A DNA stretch of 64,000 nucleotides from an uncultured Planctomycetota bacterium (GTDB lineage: Bacteria > Planctomycetota > Planctomycetia > Pirellulales > Lacipirellulaceae). Location of the stretch: contig CAVRBU010000009.1 in the NCBI GenBank assembly GCA_963719315.1, positions 34,011 through 98,010 on the forward strand, read 5' to 3'. Below the pieces are notes generated by a model. That model saw nothing but the letters and a program-made list of their open reading frames with translations, did not search any database and was not told the DNA's origin. Shown one piece after another: positions 41,172 to 52,514 of this stretch. The translations under genes and the position numbers were made by a program. Positions within the stretch are counted from its first letter, which is position 1. Each line of letters starts with the position of its first letter.

Positions 41172-41618
41172 ATGTCCGCACGCAAAGATTCGATTAACAA
41201 GATGCGCGAGCTGCTGGTGACCCGCCGCAATGCACTCCGCAAGGCCTTGGCCGGCGACTTGAGCTTGCTTAAGCAGCTCCGCGAGCAGTCCGGCGGCGAC
41301 GTCGTCGATGCCGCTCTGGATGCCGCTCAGGACGAAATCAGCTCGCAGCTCGCTGAAGTGGAAAGCCGCGAATTGGCCAACATTGAACGGGCTTTGGTAC
41401 GCATTAAGAGCGGCAATTACGGCGATTGCGAGATCTGCGGCAACCGCATCCCGCTGGCTCGCCTCAACGCCCTGCCCTACGCCACAAGTTGCATCGAATG
41501 TCAGCGGGCAGCGGAGACCGGCGGCGGCGCCGGCGGTAATGGGAGCGATTGGAGCCGCGTTTTGGATACCGGCTATAGCGACGTCGATGTCTCCTTCAGC
41601 GACCTTGAGGCTCAGTGA
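41172..41618 (+). CDS. dksA: TraR/DksA family C4 zinc-finger transcription factor
   Basis: DVVDAA coiled-coil tip; YGDCEICG...RL.ALP.A..CIECQ. Confidence 0.88.
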   Translation: MSARKDSINKMRELLVTRRNALRKALAGDLSLLKQLREQSGGDVVDAALDAAQDEISSQLAEVESRELANIERALVRIKSGNYGDCEICGNRIPLARLNALPYATSCIECQRAAETGGGAGGNGSDWSRVLDTGYSDVDVSFSDLEAQ

Positions 41619-41748
41619 GATTGTGCCGCCTGTAGCGCCAGCGACGCTTTGCTTCCGTTTCGCTGATCGCAAGGTATAATTTAGCCCGGTGGCAACTGTT
41701 GTTGCCATCGGGCTTTTTTTAGTTTTTCAGGGAGCATCGTGCGCCGCT

Positions 41749-42951
<1,203 letters not shown>

Positions 42952-42980
42952 CAGCCGCCTGTGCCCCAGAGTTGCCAATA

Positions 42981-43910
42981 TCACGCCGCTTGCGTAATGC
43001 GGCGCACGATGTGTTCCGTCACTGCGGCCGTGTCCATATCGATGGCCACGTCCATGTTCGGCCGACTCTCCGAATTTCGACGCCGATCGAAAACCGTTGC
43101 GCCGTAAGTAAGCGTGCCGTCGGTCTCGACGTCCCCGTACATGCGCTCAGTGGTGAACAGATCCGGCTCCAGCGCCGCAACGATCGCAACCGCATCGTGC
43201 AGATGAATCCCCTCGACGCCAAGTTGTTGCCGATACGCTCGAAACGCCCCCGGCAATATCCGTTGAAGCAACTCGCCGCGGCGCGAACTACCGTCCGGAA
43301 TCTTTTCCAGCAAGTCGAAACTCAACAGCACGCGGCTCGTCAGGTCGATTGGGATGAGCGTCTTGGTTACCTGCGAATGGAAGACGGTCCGGGCAGACTC
43401 GGCATCGCAATAGATATTGAACTCGGCGGCTGCCGTCACGTTACCGGGGCTGGCCACCGTGCCGCCGATCATAATCAAGTGACCGATCAACAACGCCAGA
43501 TCGGGCTGCTGCTGCAACGCCGAGGCGATGTTGGTGAGCGGCCCTGTCGCGACTATCGTCACGTCGCCGGGCGCGGCCCGGATCTCGTCGCAAATCACCT
43601 TGACGCTCGAATGCTGATGATGCCGCTTGGCGACCGCGAAGTGGGCCCCGCACAATCCGTCCGCGCCAAACAAATGCCGGCCGTCGGCACGAAGCATCTG
43701 ATCGTTCGAGGCACAACCCAACCGTGGCCAGCGCGGTGGATCGAGTTGCTCGATGATCGCCTGCACATTCAACGTCGATTGTTCGGGCGAGACCGTGCCG
43801 CCCGTGGCCGTCACGGCCAGCACATCCAATGCCGGATCCTCGAGCGCCAAGCATAAGGCCACGGCATCGTCGATGCCGGGATCGATGTCGAGGATTATTT
43901 TTCTAGCCAT
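42981..43910 (-). CDS. Inosine/uridine-preferring nucleoside hydrolase family
   Basis: DIDPGIDDAVA, TGPLTNIA, AEFNIYCD, LHDA. Confidence 0.95.
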   Translation of the reverse strand: MARKIILDIDPGIDDAVALCLALEDPALDVLAVTATGGTVSPEQSTLNVQAIIEQLDPPRWPRLGCASNDQMLRADGRHLFGADGLCGAHFAVAKRHHQHSSVKVICDEIRAAPGDVTIVATGPLTNIASALQQQPDLALLIGHLIMIGGTVASPGNVTAAAEFNIYCDAESARTVFHSQVTKTLIPIDLTSRVLLSFDLLEKIPDGSSRRGELLQRILPGAFRAYRQQLGVEGIHLHDAVAIVAALEPDLFTTERMYGDVETDGTLTYGATVFDRRRNSESRPNMDVAIDMDTAAVTEHIVRRITQAA

Positions 43911-44035
43911 CAGGTTGGAATCCGTCGAACCGCCTCCCGGTGCTTGGCGTCGATCCTTTGGAGTCGTATTCTAGGGTATTTTCGCAAAATCTCAAGATGT
44001 GCAATGTGCCGGTATGCTCCGCGCTCTTACCGCTG

Positions 44036-44157
44036 GGTGGTGTCCTAATTTGGCACCGTTCGGACCGCATCCTTGTAGCACGGACTTCAGTCCGTGCGAG
44101 AATCACGGACTGGAGTCCGTGCTACAAGGTTGTTGTGCCGCAAATTAGGACACCACC
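44036..44157. mobile_element. 122-bp MITE with 17-bp perfect TIRs and 8-bp target duplication, carrying a GTAG-type REP doublet
   Basis: TIR GGTGGTGTCCTAATTTG/CAAATTAGGACACCACC; TACCGCTG at 44028-44035 and 44158-44165; inner CCTTGTAGCACGGACTTCAGTCCGTG / CACGGACTGGAGTCCGTGCTACAAGG. Confidence 0.85.
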
Positions 44158-44207
44158 TACCGCTGCCGCAGCTACGGCACGAGGATCGGGCTTGCTACAA
44201 TTCGACA

Positions 44208-45251
44208 ATGCCGCATGAAATTGCCACTTTGCTGGGTCGCGTTGCCGGGGGGGGCGATCTTTCCGTTGACGAGATGGCCCGTGCGATCGATGCGATCATG
44301 CGCGGCCAGTGGGCCGACGATCACATTGGTCTGTTCCTCACGGCCCTTGCGGCCAAGGGCGAAACGGTCGACGAAATCGCCGGCGCGGCTTTCGCAATGC
44401 GCCAGCACATGACGCCAATCCGCTCGCGTCACGCCGAAGTGCTCGATACCTGCGGCACCGGCGGCGGCGACTCGGCAATGTTCAATTTGAGCACGACGGC
44501 GGCGATTGTCGCGGCGGCTGCCGGCGTAGCGGTTGCCAAGCATGGCAACCACAGCATCACCAGCCGCAGCGGCTCGGCCGATGTGCTGGCCGAACTTGGC
44601 GTGAACATCCATGCGACCATTCCCCAAGTAGAAGCGTGTCTCAACGAACTGGGCCTCTGCTTTTGCTTTGCGCCGCTGATGCATCCATCGATGAAACATG
44701 TGGCGTCCGTTCGCAAGAAGCTGGGCATTCGCACGATTTTCAACGTACTTGGCCCACTCGTTAACCCGGCGAGCGCCTGTTTCCAACTTCTTGGCGCCGG
44801 GCGGCCCGAATTGCGACCGCTGCTGGCCGGGGCGATCGCACGGCTCGGCACGAAGCGGACCTTTGTCGTCTCGGGCGATGATGGGCTTGGCGATGTGACG
44901 CTGAGCGGTACGACGCGGGTTACTGAAGTAATAACGACAGGCGAGCATCCTGTCGCAACGGTACGCAACTTCTCCTGGCAATCGGAGGATTTTGCAATCG
45001 CACAGGCAAGCCTCGATTCGCTAAAGGTCAATGACCCGGCGGCCAGCGCCGCGATCATCCGCAAAATTCTTGCCGGCGAGCACGGCCCAGCACGCGACAT
45101 TGTCGTGCTGAACGCTGCTGCCGGCCTCGTCGTTGCAAACAAGGCGAGCGAACCAAAAACGGCTGCGGCGATGGCCGCGAGCGCCATCGACTCGAGCGCG
45201 GCGGCAGCACTGCTCGCGCGGCTTGTCGCACGATCGCACGAGCCGGTGTAG
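44208..45251 (+). CDS. trpD: Anthranilate phosphoribosyltransferase
   Basis: DTCGTGGG, FNLST, KHGNHSITSRSGSAD, RTIFNVLGPLVNP, VVLNAAA. Confidence 0.97.
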   Translation: MPHEIATLLGRVAGGGDLSVDEMARAIDAIMRGQWADDHIGLFLTALAAKGETVDEIAGAAFAMRQHMTPIRSRHAEVLDTCGTGGGDSAMFNLSTTAAIVAAAAGVAVAKHGNHSITSRSGSADVLAELGVNIHATIPQVEACLNELGLCFCFAPLMHPSMKHVASVRKKLGIRTIFNVLGPLVNPASACFQLLGAGRPELRPLLAGAIARLGTKRTFVVSGDDGLGDVTLSGTTRVTEVITTGEHPVATVRNFSWQSEDFAIAQASLDSLKVNDPAASAAIIRKILAGEHGPARDIVVLNAAAGLVVANKASEPKTAAAMAASAIDSSAAAALLARLVARSHEPV

Positions 45252-45450
45252 CGCTGCCAGCACGCGCATAGTCGGTCGTGCCTTTTCCACTTTATCATCG
45301 CTAGCATCCACTTTGCGGCCCGCGCCCGCCGCGATCAATTCGCAATCGCTCCCCTGCCGAGAACAGTAAGGCGCCCGTCGCTCGTTGTGTTCCCGCACAT
45401 CACGTCCCGCCCGCGACGCGGCCGACCCAGCCCTCCTCGCGAATGCATCC

Positions 45451-46482
45451 ATGATGAGAACTCGCGGCCCAGCCCGAATCTTGCACTGCGCGCTGGCGCT
45501 GTTGCTAGCGAATGGATTGTCGTTTGCATTCAGCCCCCGCTGCGCTGCCAACGACCTTCGGCCTGAGCCAATTCCCACGCCGCGGGAGGCGACAGGCGAC
45601 GCCTCGACCAATGGCGAAATCTCGTCGCGGCCGATCGATGGCGAAGCCGACTCCTTGCCGCGCGATGTCGTTCGCGTCGATCAGCCACTTCTGGGCGAAG
45701 TGCTGCCCGACGACGAAGACTATTCGTGGCAGTGGCTCCCGATCGGTCTCATTTATCACTCGTACATGGCCGGCGAACACGAGCCACGGATGGGACTCTT
45801 CACCTTTTCCGATCTCGATGGCCAAGCGCTGGCGGATGCGACACTCGGCGGCCGGGTGGGCTTTCTGCGATACGGCAACGACGACCCCATGCACCCCGTC
45901 GGCTACCAACTCGATTTTTACGGTGCCGCCATTGCCCGACTCGATTTGAATCAGCAGGAAGACTTGGTCGCCACCGATTACGTGTTCGGGCTCCCGATCA
46001 CCTGGGGCGACGAGCGGTGGCAATGGAAATTCGGCTATGCCCATTTAAGCTCGCACCTGGGCGACGAATTGGCGATCCGCATTCCGGGCGCCCTCAACAA
46101 CCGGGTGAACTACGTTCGCGATTCCCTCGTGCTGGGCACATCCTATTTCGTAGTTCCGGCGTGGCGGATTTATGGAGAAACCGGCTGGGCCTTTAATGCC
46201 GACGGCGGCGCCAAACCCTGGGAAACGCAATTCGGCACCGAACTCTCGTATCCCGGTCCGACTGGACCAAGCTGGACTCCGTTCTTGGCCGTCAACGGTC
46301 GCTTGCGTCAAGAAAACAACTTCAGCGGCGACCTGACCCTGCAATTCGGCTGGCTGCGACGCAACATCCTCGATCGAACGCTGCGATTCGGCGGCCAGTT
46401 CTACAACGGCAAGAGCAACCAGTTCGAATTCTTCAATCGCAGCGAACAACAGATCGGCATGGGGCTGTGGTACGACTTTTGA
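45451..46482 (+). CDS. DUF1207 family protein (probable outer-membrane beta-barrel)
   Basis: Signal peptide; LIYHSYMAGEHEPR, HLSSHLGDE, YNGKS; C-terminal GLWYDF aromatic end. Confidence 0.8.
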   Translation: MMRTRGPARILHCALALLLANGLSFAFSPRCAANDLRPEPIPTPREATGDASTNGEISSRPIDGEADSLPRDVVRVDQPLLGEVLPDDEDYSWQWLPIGLIYHSYMAGEHEPRMGLFTFSDLDGQALADATLGGRVGFLRYGNDDPMHPVGYQLDFYGAAIARLDLNQQEDLVATDYVFGLPITWGDERWQWKFGYAHLSSHLGDELAIRIPGALNNRVNYVRDSLVLGTSYFVVPAWRIYGETGWAFNADGGAKPWETQFGTELSYPGPTGPSWTPFLAVNGRLRQENNFSGDLTLQFGWLRRNILDRTLRFGGQFYNGKSNQFEFFNRSEQQIGMGLWYDF

Positions 46483-46633
46483 AAAATTGTCGCAGTGCCC
46501 CGGTGGCAGTTAACATCGTATGTACGAACGGACTAGCGCGCAGCATACTCCTTGCCGGCAAGCCGTAGTTCCAAGCACACGCCGACTTGCCAAGAGCCAC
46601 TATTAGCTTTTCAGTAACAGCTTCGCGGATTGC

Positions 46634-46842
46634 AGAGCCGTTCACGGCTCTTTCCACCGCAGGTGGTATTTGGCCTGTCGTTTACGACGGGTTGGTGAGG
46701 GCCAACGGAGCAGCACCAAGCCCTGTTTACAGGGCTTCCCGCGGCTTCAGCCGTTAGGCGAGATGCCCCATGAATGGGGCTACCCAAAGTGTTTCGGCAC
46801 CTCATTGACGCGCCGTAAACGGCGGGCCTAAGACCGCAGGTG
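46634..46842. repeat. Cluster of nested REP-like palindromes bounded by a 10-bp direct repeat
   Basis: AGAGCCGTTCACGGCTCT, CCTGTCGTTTACGACGGG, AGCCCTGTTTACAGGGCT, GCCCCATGAATGGGGC, CGCCGTAAACGGCG; ACCGCAGGTG at 46656 and 46833. Confidence 0.65.
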
Positions 46843-46952
46843 AGAAAGTGCCGTCGAACGGCCCTCGAATACATCCATCGTGACAACTTCAATCGGCTAA
46901 ACTGCTACGCGTATTCAAGTTGTTGATCGCGCTCCAGAACAAGCGAGTGGGA

Positions 46953-47819
46953 CTATTCTCTTTCAAATCGCATCAGGCGATAAGTTTTGAACCGCTGGAA
47001 GCTCTCGGCGCTTTGGTTGTGAGTGAAGTACTTCTGCTCGATTTTGGTAATTCGTTTCCTAAAGACCAAGTTCACGCATTTCGACCACGCCGGGTGCGTC
47101 GCGGCAAAGGCCGCGTCAACTTCGTTCCAGATTGGTCGCAAGACTTCATTAAAGGCTTGGTCAATGACGCGAAAAGTGGGAGCTGTCCGGTAGGTAATAT
47201 CAATGTCTTCGATCAAGCGAAATGGAAAGTGGGAAGCAATTTCCCGGAATTCGCTGAATTGATGACCGCCGCCAATCGGACTCTGCTCCTCGACGGGCAA
47301 ACAAAAGAAATCACAGCTCACTAAGCTACCGTCGCTTCGTAGCTGAGACGAAACGAGTTCGAGTGCGCGCTGCATGTCTACATACTGAAAACTTTCGCAA
47401 AACAAGATGGTGTCGTATACGTTCGTTGTCTGATAATCCTCGTAGCGACATTCAATTAGACGGGCACGGTCGCCGAGCAGATTTCTGGCTTCTTGATTCA
47501 GATACGAACTCGGACTAATGCAATCTACTTCGTACCCTCGCTCGAGAAGTTTGGAGGCGATGCCACCTGCCCCGCAACCGACATCCAATACGCGGCGGGC
47601 GTAGCGGGGAATATGTTCCAATAGAATCTTCGAATACTCCTCCTGGGCGGCGGCAAGATTCTTCAAACACGGCTCTAAACCCTCCTGCCAGTATCCATAG
47701 TGCAGGTCGTTTAGACCGACGAAGTGTCGGCCGGCGAGGAAGCCAGCAGCAAGACTAACGTTCTGCCAGACGCGGCGCTCCTTGCGACGGGCTGTCTTAG
47801 ATCGAATGTGGAAAGTCAT
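46953..47819 (-). CDS. Class I SAM-dependent methyltransferase
   Basis: LHYGYW, VLDVGCGAGG, ILFCESFQY; lower GC than core genes. Confidence 0.88.
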   Translation of the reverse strand: MTFHIRSKTARRKERRVWQNVSLAAGFLAGRHFVGLNDLHYGYWQEGLEPCLKNLAAAQEEYSKILLEHIPRYARRVLDVGCGAGGIASKLLERGYEVDCISPSSYLNQEARNLLGDRARLIECRYEDYQTTNVYDTILFCESFQYVDMQRALELVSSQLRSDGSLVSCDFFCLPVEEQSPIGGGHQFSEFREIASHFPFRLIEDIDITYRTAPTFRVIDQAFNEVLRPIWNEVDAAFAATHPAWSKCVNLVFRKRITKIEQKYFTHNQSAESFQRFKTYRLMRFERE

Positions 47820-47881
47820 ATGGTCACGTTGCGAGTGCGTCCCGTCGTGCCGCGGACTATTCGGATCGCAAGCGCATTTTT

Positions 47882-48217
47882 TTAAACCCGCTGGCGATTG
47901 GGAGTTATTTTTCTGAACAAATATGCGAAAGCGATAATGCAGCCTAAGGCGATCAGACCAAACACGGGCGCTAGCATGAAATAAAGCAGTCCGACCACGG
48001 CACCCGTTTTCAGGTCAATCGAGGCACTTGCTTTGACGACAAGCACCAACTGAGTGACCAATACAATCGCTCCGCCCACGAAGAAAGACAGCATCTCGGT
48101 CCAGAACAGCAACTTGGTCCCCACACCAGCCAAACCCATTGTCATGCCAATGGCGATGCCGCAGAGAATCGCTACCGCTACAGAGACTCCAACTCCTGAT
48201 ACAAGGTAAGCAGCCAC
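47882..48217 (-). CDS. Hypothetical three-TM membrane protein
   Basis: Hydrophobic ORF co-oriented with its neighbours; no recognised motif; start uncertain. Confidence 0.5.
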   Translation of the reverse strand: MAAYLVSGVGVSVAVAILCGIAIGMTMGLAGVGTKLLFWTEMLSFFVGGAIVLVTQLVLVVKASASIDLKTGAVVGLLYFMLAPVFGLIALGCIIAFAYLFRKITPNRQRV

Positions 48218-48266
48218 CGCGGCAACGCACTTCTGCCGAACCAGTCGGCACTTCTGGGGAGACAGA

Positions 48267-48545
48267 TCATTTGCGACGGCGCTTGGACTTCCGAACCGAC
48301 TTTACGAGCGATGCCGGAAGGATCTTAAACAACCATGGCAAAATCAAATCTCCGGATACCAACATACCGATTACGAATGCTCCGACGGTCCAAGACGCAG
48401 CGACCGGATCATCAAGGCTTTTGTGGAAGACCTTGCGAAGGAGAATCGCGACACCGCAAGCAAAGCCTAGAGAAAGCACTAAAAAAGCGACGGTATGCGC
48501 GACGACGGCCGCTCCTATCTTTCGTCGGCTACGCTCATCATCCAT
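48267..48545 (-). CDS. Hypothetical two-TM membrane protein
   Basis: Two hydrophobic helices and a basic C-terminus. Confidence 0.45.
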   Translation of the reverse strand: MDDERSRRKIGAAVVAHTVAFLVLSLGFACGVAILLRKVFHKSLDDPVAASWTVGAFVIGMLVSGDLILPWLFKILPASLVKSVRKSKRRRK

Positions 48546-48831
48546 GGCGGAATAATCCTTGTGCGGCAAATTCGGATGTCAGCCGCAAAGTTGCGGATCG
48601 TCGTTGTCAAACAACCAAATATGCTTTGCTGTCCTCAACCATTACTCGCTAATTTCTGCTTCGCTGTGAAGCCCAGTTAAGGGGCTTTAGAAGGAAGATA
48701 AAGCAGAATTTATCTTGGCTTCATGCTTGGCTGAATCTAGCCGGTTAAACTTATCCCCTACCCCTGAGGGCTGGCGCTTCAAATGCGTGCGCATTTGGGC
48801 TTCAGTTCTCGTTCCCTAATGGAGATGTCAG

Positions 48832-49749
48832 ATGCAGACTGCGATGCGTAGTGCAATTGTGATGATAACCGTTGTTGCTCTGTCGGTCGCAATCGCCCGA
48901 GCAGCAGAGGAAAAGATCTATCCCTCGGATCTCCCCAAGAGTGTGGCCGAGTCGCTCAACGCAAGATTTCCGGGGCTGAAGATCAACAGCGCTGTGCGCG
49001 AAACAGATAGCGAAGGTCGGGTGGTCTACGATGTCGAGCTGAATCAGAATGGTCGTAGGTTCGAGACGGACATCGAGAATGACGGGACCATGCTCGAAGT
49101 AGAGAAGCAAATCATGAAAAGGGATTGGTCCAGGGCGCTGAACTCGACCGTGGGGGCCAAATATCCAAAGGGAAAGATTACGGAAGTGCTGGAAGTCAAC
49201 AAAGTGATCGGGGGGAAAGAAGTTCCCGATCATCTTGAGGTTACGATTGAGACATCCGACAAAAGGGAAGCCGAGATGCTCGTGTCCTTGGATGGCAAGA
49301 CTGAAACCCACGAAGCGTCGGGGGAAACTTCGCCGCCTGCTGCTTCTGCGGAGGAAGACGTCAAACCGGCCGATCTGCCCAGCGTCGTGAGGAACGCCCT
49401 CAAGTCGAAATTTCCCCAAGCCGAAATCAAGAGCGCGGAAAAAGGCACCGAAGATGGCAAGCCAATTTTCGAGGTCAGCATCAAGAACGAACATCACGAC
49501 ATCGATGTTACGCTCTCGCCGGCCGGCGAAATCCTGTCGTTCGAAAAGACTCTGAAAATGAACGACCGGCCAAAGCCGATGAAGGAATCGCTAGCTGCCA
49601 AATTCCCTCACGCATCGATTAAATTGATCGAGGAGGTCTGGGAGCACGGCAAACTTACAGGTTATGAAGGCACTCTCGTGACGGCTGACAAAAAAAAGGT
49701 CGATGTGACGTTTAATACTGAGGGTAAACTGATTGAAGACAAAAACTAG
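48832..49749 (+). CDS. Secreted PepSY-like repeat protein
   Basis: Signal peptide; repeated DLP..V...L..KFP.A.I.....E......YEV units; GGAG SD. Confidence 0.85.
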   Translation: MQTAMRSAIVMITVVALSVAIARAAEEKIYPSDLPKSVAESLNARFPGLKINSAVRETDSEGRVVYDVELNQNGRRFETDIENDGTMLEVEKQIMKRDWSRALNSTVGAKYPKGKITEVLEVNKVIGGKEVPDHLEVTIETSDKREAEMLVSLDGKTETHEASGETSPPAASAEEDVKPADLPSVVRNALKSKFPQAEIKSAEKGTEDGKPIFEVSIKNEHHDIDVTLSPAGEILSFEKTLKMNDRPKPMKESLAAKFPHASIKLIEEVWEHGKLTGYEGTLVTADKKKVDVTFNTEGKLIEDKN

Positions 49750-49983
49750 AGGCGAGGCGAACTTGATTCGCCGCAATTCGAGACGACGGCATCGGGGCGA
49801 GCGCTCCAGCCGTCGTCTTATCTTAGCTACCGGACCGGATCGAGTGAACAGAGAAGCTGACGTTCGTATAGCGCTTCGCGTCGCTCGCAGACTCGTCGCG
49901 CTCCCCCTAAAATGAGACATTGACTGGTAAATTGCCTCCCGCCTTACTCGTGCCGCCCTTATTTTCGTCGAGCTTCGAAACCA

Positions 49984-50670
49984 ATGAGTATCCGCATTTT
50001 GGTAGTCGAAGACGACGCTTCAATTGCTGACTTTCTAATCAGAGGTTTGCGAGAAGAAGGTTATGGCGTCGTTTACGCGGCCGATGGCGACGAGGGGCGG
50101 CGGCGCTTGCAGACCGAGTCGTGGGATGTCGTATTGCTCGATTGTTGGTTGCCTAAAACGGACGGATTGACGGTTTTACGACAGTTTCGACAGCAAGGCG
50201 GGTTATCGCCGGTGCTGCTACTCACGGCGCGAGACGCGGTCGCCGATCGAGTTCGCGGATTGGACAGCGGCGCCGACGACTACTTGTGCAAACCGTTTGC
50301 ATTCACGGAACTCTTGGCCAGGATTCGTTCGCTGTCTCGACGACAGGACCGGCGCGGAAGCACCCTGCTTAGCTACGGAAACGTGAGCGTTGATTTGGCG
50401 ACGCAGCGGGTCGAACGGGACAAGAAGCGGTTGGACTTGACCGTCAAAGAGCAGTCGCTTCTCATTTACTTTCTCCGTAATCCCGGCAAGGTGTTGACGC
50501 GGACCTCGATCTACGAGCACGTGTGGAACGAGCAATACGACGGGCTTTCGAACACGCTGGAAGTCCACATCGTGGAATTGCGCCGCAAACTAGAAGTTCA
50601 CGGTCCGCGGCTGATCTTCACGCTCCGCGGGCGAGGTTATAAGCTGAGCAATCAACCGCAGTCCGAATAG
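49984..50670 (+). CDS. OmpR-family response regulator
   Basis: ILVVEDD, LLD..LP..DG, LTARD, GADDYLCKPF, winged helix TLRGRGY. Confidence 0.96.
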   Translation: MSIRILVVEDDASIADFLIRGLREEGYGVVYAADGDEGRRRLQTESWDVVLLDCWLPKTDGLTVLRQFRQQGGLSPVLLLTARDAVADRVRGLDSGADDYLCKPFAFTELLARIRSLSRRQDRRGSTLLSYGNVSVDLATQRVERDKKRLDLTVKEQSLLIYFLRNPGKVLTRTSIYEHVWNEQYDGLSNTLEVHIVELRRKLEVHGPRLIFTLRGRGYKLSNQPQSE

Positions 50671-50678
50671 GAGCAGGC

Positions 50679-52193
50679 GTGAAGCTCGCAACGCGGATTT
50701 CATTGTACTTTCTAGCAGCGCTTGCCATCGTGCTGGCGGGCTTTTCGGGATCGATCTATTGGCTGGTTCAGTCTCATCTATATCGTCAACTGGACGATCG
50801 CTCCGAAGCTGCACTCGATACGCTAAACGCCGCCATCGAATCCGGGCCGGCCGGCTTGGAGTGGGAGGTGAACGACCGACATTTGGTCATCGGCCAGGCG
50901 AGCATGAACGAACCAATCGCATGGGGCGTTTTCGATGAGACCGGGCAGCGACTGGATGGGTCTAAGGAATTAGTCCCATTATTGGCTTCGGGAAGCCGTT
51001 CGATTGATGAACTGCAAGTGAAAGAAGACGAAAATTGGAAGGGCGAAACGTGGAGAATTGCTCGACTTGAGGTGCGTGCGGTAGCGACCGACGACCAGAA
51101 TGCGACGAATGGATCACGTCAAGCCGATGAGCCCGCCACAAAGAAGTATTCGACATTGGTGATTGCGGTCGGCACGTCTGTTGGTCACGTAACCAATCAA
51201 CTGCGTACCTTGGGAATGGCGCTTGCAGGACTTTCGGTCTTGATTTGGCTGTCGGCTGCCGTATTGGGGCGGTGGCTATGTCAAAAGGCCCTCGCGCCGC
51301 TTACGCGCATGGCGGATTCCATCGCGACAATTTCCGCCGCCGACCTAAGCCAGCGATTATCTACGACTGCCTCCGGTGATGAGTTGGAGGAACTCAGTCG
51401 GGCCTTCAACGATTTACTCGTTCGCTTACAGACTTCTTTTGAAAGACAGCGACGATTCGCCGCCGAAGCGTCGCACCAACTGCGAACGCCACTGACAGGA
51501 ATGCTCGGTCAGGTGGACGTGGCACTACGACGCGACCGAACTTCTGATGAATATTGCCGGACGCTAAATTCGGTCCATGAGCAAGCCACACATCTCCATC
51601 AGATTGTTGAAATGCTGCTATTCTTGACTCGGGAAGATACGGAAGCGGCTCCGCCGCACTTCGATCTCCTCGAGCTGAACGATTGGTTGACTGAACACCT
51701 GGCTTCTTGGCAACACTCCCGACGCCACGACATTCACATTGATACGGACCGTGATCGATCACTCTGGATCAACGTCCATTCGGGACTTTTGGGGCAGGCT
51801 GTCGACAATTTGCTCGACAATGCGTGCAAGTACAGCGAGAAGGGTTCGACGATTACAGTTCGAACTCGGCGAATCGCGAAGGACGTTTGGCTCGCTATCG
51901 AAGACTGTGGCTATGGCATCCCGGAGGACGATTTGGCGCGAGTACGCGATCCCTTTTTCAGGTCCGTTGACGCGCGGCAGCGCGGAGTTCGGGGCATCGG
52001 CCTGGGATTATCCATAGTGGTCAGAATCGTTTCGACCCTCAATGCCAAGCTGTCAATTGAAAGTTTCGTTGGACGCGGCAGCACGTTCAACATTATCTTC
52101 CGTTCGGCCGCTGATGTGGAGCCTCGAAATTCGGACTCAACTGCGCTATCATCAAGCGAGGCAATGGAAGATCACGTAGTCAATACGATCTAG
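50679..52193 (+). CDS. HAMP sensor histidine kinase (CusS/QseC-like)
   Basis: Two TMs, HAMP, ASHQLRTPL H-box, NLLDNACKYS, D.GYGI, GIGLGLSIV. Confidence 0.95.
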   Translation: MKLATRISLYFLAALAIVLAGFSGSIYWLVQSHLYRQLDDRSEAALDTLNAAIESGPAGLEWEVNDRHLVIGQASMNEPIAWGVFDETGQRLDGSKELVPLLASGSRSIDELQVKEDENWKGETWRIARLEVRAVATDDQNATNGSRQADEPATKKYSTLVIAVGTSVGHVTNQLRTLGMALAGLSVLIWLSAAVLGRWLCQKALAPLTRMADSIATISAADLSQRLSTTASGDELEELSRAFNDLLVRLQTSFERQRRFAAEASHQLRTPLTGMLGQVDVALRRDRTSDEYCRTLNSVHEQATHLHQIVEMLLFLTREDTEAAPPHFDLLELNDWLTEHLASWQHSRRHDIHIDTDRDRSLWINVHSGLLGQAVDNLLDNACKYSEKGSTITVRTRRIAKDVWLAIEDCGYGIPEDDLARVRDPFFRSVDARQRGVRGIGLGLSIVVRIVSTLNAKLSIESFVGRGSTFNIIFRSAADVEPRNSDSTALSSSEAMEDHVVNTI

Positions 52194-52514
52194 TGTGAAC
52201 CGTGTAGTACGGAATTCGGATTCGCAAAACAACTGTTCGGGACACAATTTCTCGACCCGTTCACCTCTTGAGTTGAGTATTCTTCATTTTCCACAAAGTC
52301 TTGGGAGGTCCCTACTGCCGAAAGGGATCTTTGCGTATTCAAGTTGTTGTAGTGCAGGCCCAGATTCCGCTCGGCAAGCGGGACCTACAGTGTGCTGCAA
52401 ACTCGGCCATGCAAATCATGTGCTTCGCGCGTTATAATCCTGATCGGAAGCGGCGATGGTTGGGACGATCATGAAACTGCAAGGACGGGCGGGGGACGCC
52501 CGATGGGTGAGGTG

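Noticed and set aside
46953..48545. Integron cassette array (short co-oriented low-GC genes)
   Set aside because: No attC-like RYYYAAC...GTTRRRY structures in the spacers and no integron integrase.
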